Below, one piece after another: positions 28,110 to 42,594 of a stretch of 64,000 nt of DNA (position 1 is the stretch's first letter; each line of letters begins with the position of its first letter). Origin of the DNA: Octopus sinensis (lineage: Eukaryota); contig NC_043014.1 in NCBI RefSeq assembly GCF_006345805.1, positions 20,770,001-20,834,000 of the forward strand, in the 5' to 3' direction. A program made the position numbers and the translations under genes. The notes under the pieces are model-generated. The model made no database searches. It had not been told where the DNA came from and saw only the letters and a program-made list of their open reading frames with translations.

Positions 28110-28910
28110 GAGGGTTGTCTCAAACGTACTGCAGAAGTACAGCTTGTTAATTAACTGATAAGTCGTGTGCCAACTCTTGAATTTTCTTTGAATAAATTTA
28201 CATGTGCGCTGATGTATACTTTTCACACTCCTTTTCACTTCGTCTGCATTATCAGATCATTGTCTCCAAAGACTGTTCCCTTTTTGGTCAAACAAGTGGA
28301 AGCCAGAGGACACGAGATCCAAGCTGTATGGTTGATGGGGGACCAGTGACCAGCCCAGTTTGCTGATAACCTGATTTGTTGCTAAAGATTTGTGTAGTCA
28401 CTCATCGACATGATGAATGCGGATTGCTTTCAGATCTCTTTTTGTCTCTTTCTCCAAATGGTTTCTCCAAGCTTTTCGAGTTTCTTGATATACCGTGCAT
28501 TTTCCAGAAGGATGACATATTTTCATCTCGAAAAGCAGTCACTATGACTTTCTGTGCAGCTCGATAGCTCATGAACTTCTTAGGCTTTGGAGAAGAGATA
28601 TGACGCCGTTCTATGGTCTGAGACTTTGTTTCCAATTCATAAACATACAACCATGTTTCATCCTCTTTCAGTAGATCAGGAAAATGATTGGCTTCAAAAC
28701 CCTTTCAGCAGATCAAAGCAGACTTTTGCCTTTCTCGTGTGCCAACTACGGAGATATTCATTTCCAACACAAAGTCTTCCACCATCTTCTGAATAAACTG
28801 AACTATTACCATTGTCCAGTTATGCAGTAAACTCACGGATTGTGACTTGTTTACCGCATGAATCAATTCCTCCGCTCGCAGGTTTGTAGCTTTCTTTTAA
28901 GAAATTCTAA
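28110..28910 (-). pseudogene. Degenerate mariner transposase
   Basis: RAAQKVIVTAFRD resembles the mariner SAGKVMATVFWD motif; reverse-strand remnants of the PPYSPDLAP motif near 28300-28335; terminus-like gagggttgtctcaaa at 28110. Confidence 0.6.
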
Positions 28911-29331
28911 ACTGGCTATTTTATAAAAAGTTTGGATTGAGAAGATTATAACGATACTACCCTGCCTATCTATACCTCATCTAATTCTCATTCACATTAC
29001 TTCACCTACCAAAAGAACACACAGGTGTAAACGTGTGTACGTCAACGTTTATGCAGGCATCGGTTTGAAATCCGTGGTTGTTGTCTATGCTGTGTCATAG
29101 CATGTCTAATAATTTAGCTATTCGACAAATAGAGATGATTAAACAGCCTGTTCCCTTGGGTGCTTTTTGCGATGTCCACACTGATGCAAGCATTCAGGCC
29201 AGACTCTGTGTTTGAGACCTTGCAACGGGTCGTGAAAACTGCCTTCCTCGCTCATTAAAAGGGAATAACTGACAAGCAAAGACAGACAGACAGACAGACA
29301 GGCAAGCACGCAGACAGGCACGCAGGCACGC

Positions 29332-29442
<111 letters not shown>

Positions 29443-29902
29443 CAAACAGACGGATGGACGGACGAACAGACGGATGGATGGCTGGATGGATGGATACATT
29501 CACACATACCTACACACATAAACAAACAGATATTAATGCATGTAAGAAGGTAAATCGGTGACACCAGTTCACCTCTTGTGTATCAAACACTCAGCTGTTG
29601 CGATGTGATGTTAATCTTCTGACGTATTCATGTATTCAGATTGGCACACGTTGAGTTGTGTTTAGTATACTAATAAATAATGCATAACGCAAGTATACAA
29701 AATACGTACGCCCACATACAGGCACATAAATGTATCAAGATGTGGAGGGGGTGCAAACAAAACTTGATTTCACATGTTTTTACACGAACACCTGTATTAC
29801 TAGTAGAAGTGGTGGTGGTGGTGGTGGTGCTGCTGCTGCTGCTGCTGTTGCTGCTGCTGATAAGTATCATCATTTACAATATTAATCATTTCTATATAAG
29901 TA

Positions 29903-30456
29903 TTGGGTTGTCCGGAAAGTTCGTGCCGATTTTTAAAGGAATGTAAAAGGTCAATAAATACTTGCCATTACATTTTTAGTCAACCAAATATGAACCATTT
30001 TGTTGCACAATGCGTATCCATCTTTCCTTTAACTTGAAAATACCCTCTTCCCAGAATTGAGGTGGTTTCATGGCAAAGAATTCATCAAGGTATCTTTTTA
30101 CGTCATCCAAGGAATTGAAATTTTTACCATTAAGACTATTCTGCAGAGACCTGAATAAGTGGAAATCCGAAGGAGCAGCATCTGGTGAATATGGAGGGTG
30201 GGGTAATACATACAAGCCGAGCTGCGGCAATTTTTGTCTGGTTCCCAAAGCATTAAGTGCCGAAAATGAACTTTCTTATCTTTCATTTTAAAGGGTTATA
30301 GAATTAACACAGGTTATAGGAACATAAATCGTCTTCCACGAAAAGATAGCTTAAACTGTGCTCTAAATGGAGGTGTAGTCAAATCCTATTTTATGTTCTA
30401 AAATAAGTCGAAAGTTAAGCTACTATAAATCGGCACGAACTTTCCGGACAACCCAA
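29903..30456 (-). mobile_element. Internally deleted mariner element with perfect 30-bp TIRs and TA target duplication
   Basis: TIR ttgggttgtccggaaagttcgtgccgattt (29903-29932; inverse 30427-30456), TA on both sides. N-terminus MKDKKVHFRHLMLWE is fused to C-terminal PHPPYSPDAAPSDFHLF. Confidence 0.95.
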
Positions 30457-30477
30457 TACTATATAAGTACGTTACCA

Positions 30478-30700
30478 AACGCGGTGAGCTGGCAAAATCG
30501 TTAGCACGCCGAGAAAAAGTCCTCAGCAGTATTTTGTCCGTCTTTACGGTTTGGGTCCAAGTTCCACCGAGGTCGACTTTGCTTTTCATTTTTTCGGGGT
30601 CGATAAAATAAGTACCAGTTGAGTATTGGATCGATGTAATCCACTTAAGCTGTCCTCGAAAATTGATGCCCTTGTGTCAAAATTTGAAATCAATATAAGT
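30478..30700 (+). mobile_element. SINE family B, full length
   Basis: gcggtgagctggcaaaatcgttagcacg head and tcggggtcgataaaataagtaccagtt core. Confidence 0.85.
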
Positions 30701-31089
30701 ACATGACCAGAAATGTCTGGTACATCATCTTAATCGACCCCAAAGTGAGGGATATGATATCAGACCACAACAGGCTGTAACTGGATACGGAGAAGTACTG
30801 TCTTCCCTGATGTTCCAACGATTCTACAAATACATTCATTAATAATGAATGTTCCGATTAAGTGCAAAGCCAGAAGTTTTGACGGTAGAATGTAAGTCGA
30901 TATCATCGAAACCGGTATCTGACTGGTGTTTTATCTTATCGATTACGAAATTATGAAAGGTAAAGTTGAACTTGGTGTGATCTAACCTGCAACGTAAAAG
31001 AGATAGACTGGAACAAAAACTACAACGTATTGTTTCTTACGATTTTGCAATTCCGACGCACCTGGACAATCTGGCGTGTTATAAAAAGA

Positions 31090-31295
31090 AAGAGAAGAAA
31101 AGAAGAAAAGGAGGAGGGGAGGGGGAGAAAAGAAGAAGGAGGGGAAGGGGAGGTGAAAGGAGGAGAAGAAGGGGAGGTGAAAGGAGGAGAAGAAGAAGAA
31201 GAAGAAGAAGAAGAAGAAGAAGAAGAAGAAGAAGAAGAAGAAGAAGAGAAGAAGAAGAAGAAGAAGAAGAAGAAGAAGAAGAAGAAGAAGAAGAA
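31090..31295. repeat. Polypurine (GAA)n/(GGA)n tract
   Basis: Directly visible. Confidence 0.9.
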
Positions 31296-31299
31296 ATCT

Positions 31300-31590
31300 C
31301 TTTACTATAGACACAAAGCCAGCAGTTTCAGCGAAGGGGATAAGTCGACTGCATGGACCCCATAACTTAACCGGTACTTATTTTATCGCCACGAAAGGGT
31401 GAAAGGCAAAGTAGACCACGGCGGAATTTAAACTAAGAATGAAATACCGCAAAGCATTTTGCCCAGTGTGCTAACGATTCTACCAGCTCACCGCCGTCAA
31501 TAATAATAATGATTTCCTATTTTGGCACAAGGCCAGGAAATGCAGTGAAGGGGTCAGTCGATTACCTCGACTCCAGTACTCAACTGGTTC
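31300..31590 (-). mobile_element. SINE family B copy plus a partial copy
   Basis: ggtacttattttatcg...gaaaggcaaagtagacc...gctaacgattctaccagctcacc. Confidence 0.8.
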
Positions 31591-31616
31591 TTCTTCTTCT
31601 TCTCTTCTTCTTCTTC

Positions 31617-31672
<56 letters not shown>

Positions 31673-31677
31673 ATTAT

Positions 31678-32073
31678 TGAGTGAGAGAGCAGTGCATGCC
31701 ATCAAAGTGACACTGGGGTAAAAATATACAAAGCCCAGTATACCCATCATGACTACCCGTCTGATAAGGATACACTAGGCACATGCATCACAACCACATG
31801 TGCGCGACATGGTGATCTCATATCAAGATAAACAGCACATGACCTTGCAGGTGGGGCCCAGTTAGAATTTTCTTCTGGTCGAGTAACCCATCCCGCTCAA
31901 AAGATCCCTGAATAAGGATTGTTTAAGGATGTTGAACGAAACACCCATGTTTCCAGAGGTGAATTATTCAAACCCCAAAGAATCCCTCTCGACATATGGT
32001 TATGATGCTTCCCCACGGGTGAATTATTCAAAACCCAAAGAATCCCTCTCGACATATGATTATGATGCTCCCC

Positions 32074-32075
<2 letters not shown>
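31678..32075 (-). mobile_element. Non-coding ~400-bp element embedded in (TTA)n, with a 60-bp terminal tandem duplication
   Basis: Sharp boundaries against (tta)n on both sides; 58-bp units at 31958-32015 and 32018-32075. Orientation inferred from a (TAA)n-type tail. Confidence 0.55.
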
Positions 32076-32115
<40 letters not shown>

Positions 32116-32136
32116 GATTATTATTATTATTATTAT

Positions 32137-32275
32137 TACTCTTTACTCTCTTTTTTACTCTTTTACTTGTTTCTATTCTATCGGACTCTTTTGCCGAACC
32201 GCTATGTTACGGGGACGTAAATACACCAGCATCGGCTGTCAAGCGTTGTTGGGGGACAAACACAGACACAATCAT

Positions 32276-32324
<49 letters not shown>

Positions 32325-32475
32325 TACGACAGGCTTCTTTCAGTTTCCATCTACCAAATCCACTCACAAGGCTTTGGTCAGCCCGAGACTATAGTAGAAG
32401 ACAGTTGCCCAAGGTACCACGCAGTGGGACTGAACCTGGGACCATGTGGTTCGTAAGCAAGCTACTTACCACAAT
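32137..32475 (-). mobile_element. SINE family A
   Basis: Reverse-complement tail ctcttttacttgtttc, body and head cacgcagtgggactgaacc. Confidence 0.85.
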
Positions 32476-32519
32476 CTCAAAGGAGGCATATAGATACAGA
32501 TGAGAGCTTAATTTGCCTC

Positions 32520-32880
32520 ATTATGATGATAAGGAGTACATACCACCCACTAAGGAAGAAAAAGTGTAAAACAAAAACCGAACTAGGGAAGCTGATGTGA
32601 ATATAAGAACCCATCAGTGGCTGCAGAGTGTTGGTTTGAAAGCCGAAACACAAGGATCCATCCTAGCAGCACAAGACCAGAGTCTCCACACCGGGAAATA
32701 TCAAGTTAATGCCACAAACAATGAGGTAGACACATAGTGTAGACTCTGTAGTGACAAACTTGAGAGTATTGACCACATTGTTGCCGGTTGCTCATTCTTT
32801 ACCCCTACAGAATATAAAATCAGGCATGATCGAGATGGCCAATACTTGTACTGGAACGTATGCTGTCACTCTGGTGCCTG
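32520..32880 (+). pseudogene. R4/Dong-like LINE fragment (CCHC zinc-knuckle region)
   Basis: HQWLQSVGLKAETQGSILAAQDQSL...CRLCSDKLESIDHIVAGC...RHD. Confidence 0.8.
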
Positions 32881-34390
32881 TTAATCACTAAACGAATTCT
32901 GTCATCTATTGTATTGTGCTTGATAAAATTATGAGTGAAGGTTTGACTATCTTTGCAAATCTTAGCTATTTCATCTGCTATTTCCTTTAATTGTGATTCA
33001 GTCTTTAAGTTTCAATTTTATAACAGACAAAAAGAAAAGACAGAAGAAAAAGGAAAGAAAAAAGAAAAGGTTGCTCTCGTTCATACTTTAAATTTAAATT
33101 TCTATAATTTTGAATTTTTATCCCTTCTTATTTTGAACTCGACAAAGACAGGCTTGCTGTCAAAATATCGTTCAACCAATAAAATGTCTATTGCAATCGC
33201 ATCGCGCTTGCAATTTTCAAAAAGACTTGAAAGTGCATATTCTCAGAAAATATTCTGAAACTGCTACACTTTCAATACTCAAAATGCATGAGGAGAAATA
33301 TGTTTGCGGGTTATTAACATCACCCCCTTGAGGAATTAATAAAATGACACAATATCATCAAATTTACACAAAACTCTTTGATTAAATATTCTTCTTTTCA
33401 TTTCTTGTTTTCCTTTTTTTCCTATCTTTTTGTCTGTCTTTTTCTTTCGACAGTTATAAAATTGACATTTAAAGTCTTATGATGTCATTCCATCAACGTG
33501 TGGACGCTGGTCGCTCTCGTTCATATTTTAGATTTGAATTTGTATAATGTTGAATTTTTATCACTTCTCATTTTGTCATACATTTATACATATATAATAT
33601 ACATATGTAATATAAACACACACGCACACATACACATACCAACACACAAACATACAGGTACACAATACGCACTTAAACACAAACTCACACACACACATAC
33701 GCGTATGTATATATATATATTAATGTATGTGTACAAAGTCATATATAAAACCTGGTGAACAATAAACTGAAGATTTACTCAATATTCTTTAGAGCATGTA
33801 TTTATTATTTTTTACAAGGCAAATGTAAAACCAAACATCATCAGGGCATGTTTCACCTTGATTGTTTCTAGCTTTGTATAATCTATAGCAGGCTGTTCTC
33901 TTGGTAGGTGGGGAAATGTAAATGGGAATTAGATGAGGTGTAGGTAGACAGAGTAAGTATAATAACATAAACTTCTGAATCCAGCCATTTTATTAAATAC
34001 CCAGTTTAGAACTTCTTAAATGAAAGCTACTAACACCAACAGTAATTTCGACCTCTATCTAACATACGCTGAGTGAGAAATCAAGCCTGTATTATATATA
34101 AACATTTTTATGGAACTTGAAATAGCACAAAATCTATATACAGAGATTCTTGACCAATCACAAGCAACACCCCAGTTTATACAAATTGGACGCTGTGTTT
34201 ATCCTTTACTCTCCTGCAGTTGAAGACTGAATAATAAAACTTCCATATCAGACCAGAATATTTGTCTCCATCATCCCTTTCTCTCAATCTTCACACTATA
34301 CATACATATCTCATCACCACACACTTTTGAATAGATTATATAAATAATTAAATAAATAGATTAATTAAATATGAAATATTACATTATAAC

Positions 34391-34429
<39 letters not shown>

Positions 34430-34729
34430 CAACATAGATGGATAGAATACAGGCAGATAATTTAATTTAAACTAGGCATAGTGGAATTACCCACCTTAGA
34501 ACTAATCACCTATAAATTCCCATAGTGCTCTGCTATATTCACTTCCTCTAATCGCCTTTTTTAATGACATTTTGTCCTACCGCAACTGGATATGTATCTT
34601 TATTTGTTACATTTAATCACAGACCTCTTCATTCTGATTTATAATTTTATATTTTATATTTGACATTCTATACATTAAATACATTATTTACATTTGAAGG
34701 GTATTTGTCCTCATTTTGTTTGTTGTTAT

Positions 34730-35790
34730 ATATCGACAAGAGGAGGGTTTAGCTATGGGTTCGCCATTATCACCGATAATAGCCAATAGATACATGGAAT
34801 ACTTTGAGAATTTGGCTTTAGGATCAGCACCACTAAAACCAACCCTATGGCTGCGATATGTTGATGACACCTTCATACTCTGGCCCCACCAGGAAGATGT
34901 CCAAGTGCTGTTAGATCATGTGAAATCAATAAAGTCATCCATACTGTTCACAATGGAAAGGGAAAAAGGCAATCAGCTAGCATTCTTGGACGTATTAATA
35001 ACACGCACCAAGTATGGATTCAGGACATCCGTATACCGCAAGCCGACCTTCACTGGACGATACTTCAACTTCAATTTCCACCATCCATACAGTGTAAAGA
35101 CAGGGATTGCTCAGTGCCTAAAACATTGAGCAAAGAATATAAGTAGCGATCGTGATACCCACCACGAAGAAATGATCAAGCTCAGTAACAATCTATTAAG
35201 CAGCAACTACTCCAAAAACATACTATCCACTCCAATCATGAAGAAAAGAGAGGATGATACCAATAAACTGTCCACAGTCTGTCTACCCTATGTTAAAGGC
35301 CTCTCCGAAAAGATACAAAAGATATGCGACCCAAATGACATCAGGACAGTATTCAAGAGTAATACAACACTTCGCAAATATCTCCTTCGGGTAAAAACCA
35401 CCAATAGAAGAGAAAATGACCAAACCTGCGTGTACTCCATCCCATGCAGCTGTAGTAGGTTATGTAAAAGCGAAACATGCCGCCCCCTCAAAATAAGGGT
35501 AGAGGAACATCGCAAAGCTGTGACACGAAGAGATATTGATAAAACGGGTATAGCTGATCATGTATGGAAAAATGAAGACCACCTCCCGTTGTGGGATGAA
35601 GTTAAAATAATAGACAGAGAATACCACTGGAAAATACGAAAATTAAAAGAAGCAGCACATATGCTAGGACACAACAACCTCCTAAGCAGACCGAGTGCAG
35701 ATATGAACAGCATATGGGAACCGGTATTAAGGAAGGAGAGGAGAATATTGGATTTATAAGCACTAAAATTCACTCCATAATTGCCCACGG
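34730..35790 (+). mobile_element. Penelope-like element 3' half: RT C-terminus and GIY-YIG endonuclease remnant
   Basis: GLAMGSPLSPIIAN, WLRYVDDTF, FLDVLI, VYRKPT, LPYVKGLSE, VYSIPC-SC...ET-RPLKIRVEEH, IADH, KEA. A premature stop at about 35127 separates the two ORFs. Confidence 0.93.
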
Positions 35791-36241
35791 GAATATGGCG
35801 TAGTGGTTAAGAACGTGGCTACTAACCCCATGATTCCGAGTTCGATATATACACATACATATATATGTAAGCTCGAAACTTAAAACTTCCTCACATTTCC
35901 GAGCTTGTTCTTTATGCACCTGCCTTCCTCTTGTTTTCTGTATATTTCAAATACATATAGATATATGCGTGTGTGAATGTGTGTGTGTATCTTGAATCTT
36001 GAGTGGGTCAATATGAATATACATACATACATATACATAGATTGCTAGATACGCGTAGCTATATAGATAGATAAATACATACATACATACATACACATTT
36101 ATTTGTATATGAATTTACAAATATGTGAATAGATTCGTGTGTACAAATAATCGGCCAGCTGTTCATAATGAGGCTCAATCTAAAATTTTAGAGCAGTAAT
36201 ACTTGAAATGCGGTTGGGTATGGCCGGTGAGAAAATAATCA

Positions 36242-36343
36242 TTGGTTTCGCACCTATAAAGTTCTCACCTGTATAGTTTACTCGATGGTCAGCGGTTATG
36301 TGCCACCGCCCATCGAGTAAGAACTGTATAGGCACGAAACCAA
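36242..36343. other. About 100-nt imperfect stem-loop
   Basis: Nested pairs ttggtttcg/cgaaaccaa, cctata/tatagg, agttct/agaact, ttactcgatgg/ccatcgagtaa, gcggt/accgc. Confidence 0.7.
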
Positions 36344-36369
36344 CATTCACTCGCTGAATAAGAATTAAT

Positions 36370-36539
36370 GCTCTCTTTTACTCTTGTACTTGTCTCAGTC
36401 ATTTCACTGTGCTGGAGCACAGTTTTTAGCCGAGCAAATCGACACCAGGACTTATTCTTTGTAAGCCAGGACTTATTCTTTTACGGGGACACAAACACAC
36501 CACCATCGGTTGTCAAGCAATGTTGGGGAACAAACACAG

Positions 36540-36606
<67 letters not shown>

Positions 36607-36770
36607 CACACACACACACACATATATATGACGGACTTCTTTCAGTTCCCGTCTACCGAATCCACTCACAAGGCTTTGGTCGGTCCGAGGCTATAGCAGA
36701 ACACTTGCCCAACGTGCCACCCAGAACCATGTGGTTGATAAGCAAGCTACTTACCACACAGCCACACTTG
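36370..36770 (-). mobile_element. SINE family A
   Basis: Tail, body, microsatellite and head are recognisable; short internal duplication ccaggacttattcttt. Confidence 0.8.
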
Positions 36771-36804
36771 AACCAAGAACTTTTATACATACATACATAC
36801 ATAT

Positions 36805-36879
<75 letters not shown>

Positions 36880-37050
36880 TCTTTTACTCTTTTACTTGTT
36901 TCAGTCATTTTGACTGCGGCCATGCTGGAGCACATATATATGTATCAACAAACGGAAAATTCTACAAAAACATGACAAACAGAAAATTCGTAGCTTATTC
37001 CTCAGCAGGCAACGTCCAAAACACCATTACAATTTCGTGCGTTTAACGTT

Positions 37051-37088
<38 letters not shown>

Positions 37089-37215
37089 AAAAAGGGATTA
37101 AAATATCCGGGCAGATATATCAATAAAGCACTCAGTTTTAAAAGAATTTGGTTAGCTATATCAAACAATCAGACACCTGTAACTTTAGAAGAATTTCGAG
37201 TAATTCAGAATGTAT

Positions 37216-37283
<68 letters not shown>

Positions 37284-37440
37284 TATGTATATATGTATGT
37301 ATGTATATGTATATATGTGTATATATATATTATATATATATATATACATACATATACATAGATTGCTAGATACGCGTAGCTATATAGATAGATAAATACA
37401 TACATACATACATACATACATACATACATACATACATACA

Positions 37441-37472
<32 letters not shown>

Positions 37473-37504
37473 CACACACACATATATACATATATCATTC
37501 TTTA

Positions 37505-37985
<481 letters not shown>

Positions 37986-38738
37986 TTGTATGTATATGTT
38001 TGTATGTAGATACATACGTAAATGTATATACATATATATATATATACACACACACATATACATACGGATACATATATACATATGTGCATTAATTATTATG
38101 TACATGCATATATACATATATGTGTGCGTGTATGTAAGCACGTGTGTGTCATATATATGTGTGCATATGTGTGAGTATATATGTCTGTGTGTGTACATAA
38201 GTGTGTCTATATGTGCATGTGCATATGTATGTATGTGTGTGTACCTATGTGTGTATGTGTGTGTGTGTGTGCGTGTGTGTGCATATATGTGTGTGTGTGT
38301 GCGTGTGTGCGTGTAGAGAAACATATATATGCAAATGCTGGAGTAGTGTGTAAGTAGGCAAGCATTCCACATGACGTGTATCCTTAATATTATTCTCAGG
38401 CCAGTGTCAGTGTGACATAGTGTGCGACTCGCTAAAGTTTTCAATTGTATATAAGATCCATGCGACAGACTTCCACAGATTTCCCGTCTGGCCAATGTCC
38501 CACTAAACATTTCAATGTCTCTGAGTTCATAAAAACAAAGCAGAAAGCCCTACATGCAACGAAATGTGACCGAACCAGAAACCAAGCGATTGCGAATTCG
38601 GCCATATTTTGGCATATATTTTCATATGTATATATATTTATACATACGTATATACATATATCTGTGTCAGTGCATGTACGTGTACGTATGCCTATATATG
38701 TATGTGAGGGGTGGGGGTGCGCGCGCGTGTGTACATAT

Positions 38739-38814
<76 letters not shown>

Positions 38815-39151
38815 GCATTCATAATTTATTCTTCTTAAAATATTATTGTGTACATATTTTTCATTCTTATACAAGAGTTTGCTGGCAGTGACTTCGAGGT
38901 TTTAGCCACATATATGTTATTTATGTGTGTGTGCGTGTGTGTATGTGTCTGTGTCTGTGTCTGTGTGTGTCTGTGTCTGTGTGTGTCTGTGTCTGTGGGT
39001 GTGTCTGTGTCTGTGTCTGTGTCTGTAATGTATAGATTTATGCATATGCGTGAGTGTGAATGTAGGGGGAATAGTGGGATGGAGACGTCCAAGGAAATTA
39101 CTTTATATAAAGTACAGAATAGTTTTCTGAAGTTTTCCCCTATTACATAAT

Positions 39152-39209
<58 letters not shown>

Positions 39210-39491
39210 GTATGTATATATATATATGTATATGCATGTGTATGTATATGTATATATATATATGTGTATATATGTGTATATATAAATATATATGTACAAA
39301 TAGAGATGGTGAGAAAGAGAGTGGGAGACGGTGAGATACATAGATAGTCAGGTTGATATACAGACACATACATACATACATACATACATACATACATACA
39401 TACATACATACATACATACATACATGCATGGAGAGACATACAGACTGATAGAGGAACACACACACAGACCAACACATAGATCGATAGATAA

Positions 39492-39544
<53 letters not shown>

Positions 39545-39635
39545 AAGGCAGATAGATAAACAGACACAGATAGAGAGAAGTAGATATACAGACAGACAGA
39601 CAGACAGACATACAGACATACATACAGACATACAT

Positions 39636-39666
<31 letters not shown>

Positions 39667-39705
39667 TACATACAGACAGACAGACAGACAGACAGACATA
39701 CAGAC

Positions 39706-39779
<74 letters not shown>

Positions 39780-40321
39780 CCGTTCGTACGAATGTACGTA
39801 TATTCTTGATGATTACTTTCATAATTAACGTCATCATCATCATCATATTCCTAATCGTTGGCATAATGCTAATTGTAGTCACCGTCAACATCATCATCAT
39901 CATTTTCTGAATTATTTATAAATCACTTGTTCAATGAGAAACTCAGATTTTTGGGTGTATTTTTTTTTTGTGGTGTTGACTTTTCTTTTTGTTTTGAGTT
40001 ATTTTCTTTTTGACCCCCCCCCCTTTAATGTAAAATCAGATATCTTACCTGTCTCTGTTGATCGGTATTTGTATTGTTGGTGAATATACTGCCGTCTTAT
40101 GTGCTGCTGATATATACACACTGCCGGTGTATATAGTGGTGTTGTATATACTGCTTGAATAGGTCCTGATACGGAATATAATGCTATGTTATGAATTGCT
40201 GGTGTATATTCTGCTTGTGTATATAATGATGGAGTCTGATACTGCTGGTGTATATATTAATTTTGTATTTTTCCGATGGTTTATACACTGCCTATGTATT
40301 TTTTGTATATAATAAGTGTAT

Positions 40322-40396
<75 letters not shown>

Positions 40397-41099
40397 TGTA
40401 TACTGGTATATATAGGGATGTAGGGATGGTATATATTTGGCTAATGTAAATAATAGTGATAAATATACTGCTTCTGTATGTGTATGTATGCAAGTATGTA
40501 TATATACATATATATGTGTGTTTGTGTGTGTATGTATGTAGAATATATATATATATATTGCTTGTTTAATTACCAGGTTTATTTATATACTGCAGGTGTA
40601 TATACTATATATTCAGCTGTATGTAGTTTTGTTGTATGTTCCGTGGTTATTATACACTGCTCTCCTTTGTAACGCTTTTGTATATATACCGCTATTTAAT
40701 AAATTGCAGTTGTATACAGAGTTGCATATACATTACTTTGGTGATCTATTCAGTTGTAGATTTTACTACTGTTATACATACAGATAAAATAATTCACTTC
40801 CTGAGTGGTTCTAAGATAGGGGTGGAGGGGATGGGGGATGGGGGTAGCGATGTTGGTGGTGGGGTAGTCGAGGCGGCAGCAGTGGTGCCGAGATGACACA
40901 CTTCTGCAGCTTTTCTTGGGGTTTTAGCTGACCGGCTCTTTGTGCGTGTATATGGATGTGTGTGTATGTGTGTGTGTGTGTGTGTGTGTGCTTTTGTGCA
41001 CGCTTTGATGTACGTTTGTTTGTCTGTATGCCTGTGTGTATACGTTTGTGTGTGAAACACCTTACATAACATAATATATATATATATACATATATATGT

Positions 41100-41455
41100 G
41101 GTGTTGTTGTGTGGTAAGAAGCTCGCTTCCCAACCACGCGTTTCTGGGTTCCGTTCCACTGCTTGGCACCTACGGCGAGTGTCTTCTACTATAGCCTTGG
41201 ACTGACCAAAGCCTTCGAAGAAGATTTGGTAAATGGAAACTGAAAGAAGCCCGTCGTTTATGTGTTCGTCGTCGTGCCTGTGTTCGCCCCCTACCCCTTT
41301 GATGACCGGTGCTGGTGTGTTTATCCGCTGTAACTTAGCGGTTGCGCAAAAAGAATTGATAGAAAAATACCAGGCTTAAGAAAAGAAACACTGGCTTCGA
41401 TTAATTCGACTAAAAAGTTCTTCAAGGTGGTGCCCCAGCATGGCCGCAGATAAAA
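41100..41455 (+). mobile_element. SINE family A, full length
   Basis: tgtgtggtaagaagctcgcttcccaacc head through ggtgccccagcatggccgcag tail. Confidence 0.85.
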
Positions 41456-41887
41456 GATGTATGTATATATATATATGTGTGTGTGTGTGTATTTATATAT
41501 ATATATACATATATAGATACACGCGCGTGCGCGCATTGATGCTTTTCTGTGTGTGTGTGTGTTTGTTCGTATGCGTGCATGCGCATATATTTTTATAACG
41601 TAGGCAGATATACAGACAGACACACACAGACAGGCAAGCATGCAGACAGGCAGGCCGAACAGAAAAATTACTAGTTAAAAATTCACCTACATTCTAACAA
41701 TGGAAATTTAATTAAAGTTCTCTGTAACGAGCAATTCTCTATGAAATTATTGTTTTAGAAACACATCTTATTGACATTCCTGCAAACACTAAATGACATC
41801 TTTGTATGTGTGTAAGTATGAAAAGCATTTATGCGCATGTGTATAAGTTTAAGTGACTTTGTGCGTGAGTGCGCACGTGTATGTCTG

Positions 41888-41938
<51 letters not shown>

Positions 41939-42244
41939 TGTGTGTGTGTGTGTGTGTCTGTGTGTGTCTGTGTGTGTGTGTGAGTGTGTATGTGTGTGTG
42001 TGTGTGTATGTGAATCTTATATTATTTTAGTTTTCCTTTCATTAGATTGCGGCCAACTCAATTGATAGTTTTACATTCTTATATGTATATTATTTATATG
42101 TGTGTGAGTGTGTTTGTGAGTATATTGCTTACATGTGTTTGTGTGCTAGTCTAGAGTTATTAATCTTTCGCTTTCCTTTCCTATAAAATTCCAAGCATTA
42201 TACTTTGAATCTTTGAATACACACATACATACATACTACATACA

Positions 42245-42278
<34 letters not shown>

Positions 42279-42540
42279 CATATTGATAGAGAGTAGATAT
42301 AGACATGTATATATATTTGTGTGTGTGTGTGTGTGCATGCGCGCCCATGTGCGTCTGTGTGTCTGTGTATACGCATGTATGAATGTACATGTACTTAGCG
42401 TTACACAATGGATCCACGATAATTAGGCTTCGTAGAGAGCAGCGTTTTGTTTTTCTCTCCAAGCCCACACCCCCTTTAGCCTAAATTCACCACCTATCTT
42501 CCTCTGTCATCTCTTCTTACATGCACCACACACACTACAA

Positions 42541-42594
<54 letters not shown>

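Noticed and set aside
31030-31365. Glu/Lys-rich 111-aa ORF
   Set aside because: Translation of a (GAA)n tract.
35795-35846. tRNA gene
   Set aside because: A and B boxes are present (tggcgtagtggttaag, gagttcgat) but it is truncated with no acceptor stem; more likely a SINE head.
40040-40110. Possible minus-strand exon ending at CAG|GTAAGA
   Set aside because: The adjoining sequence is a degenerate atatactgc minisatellite with no supported reading frame or acceptor.
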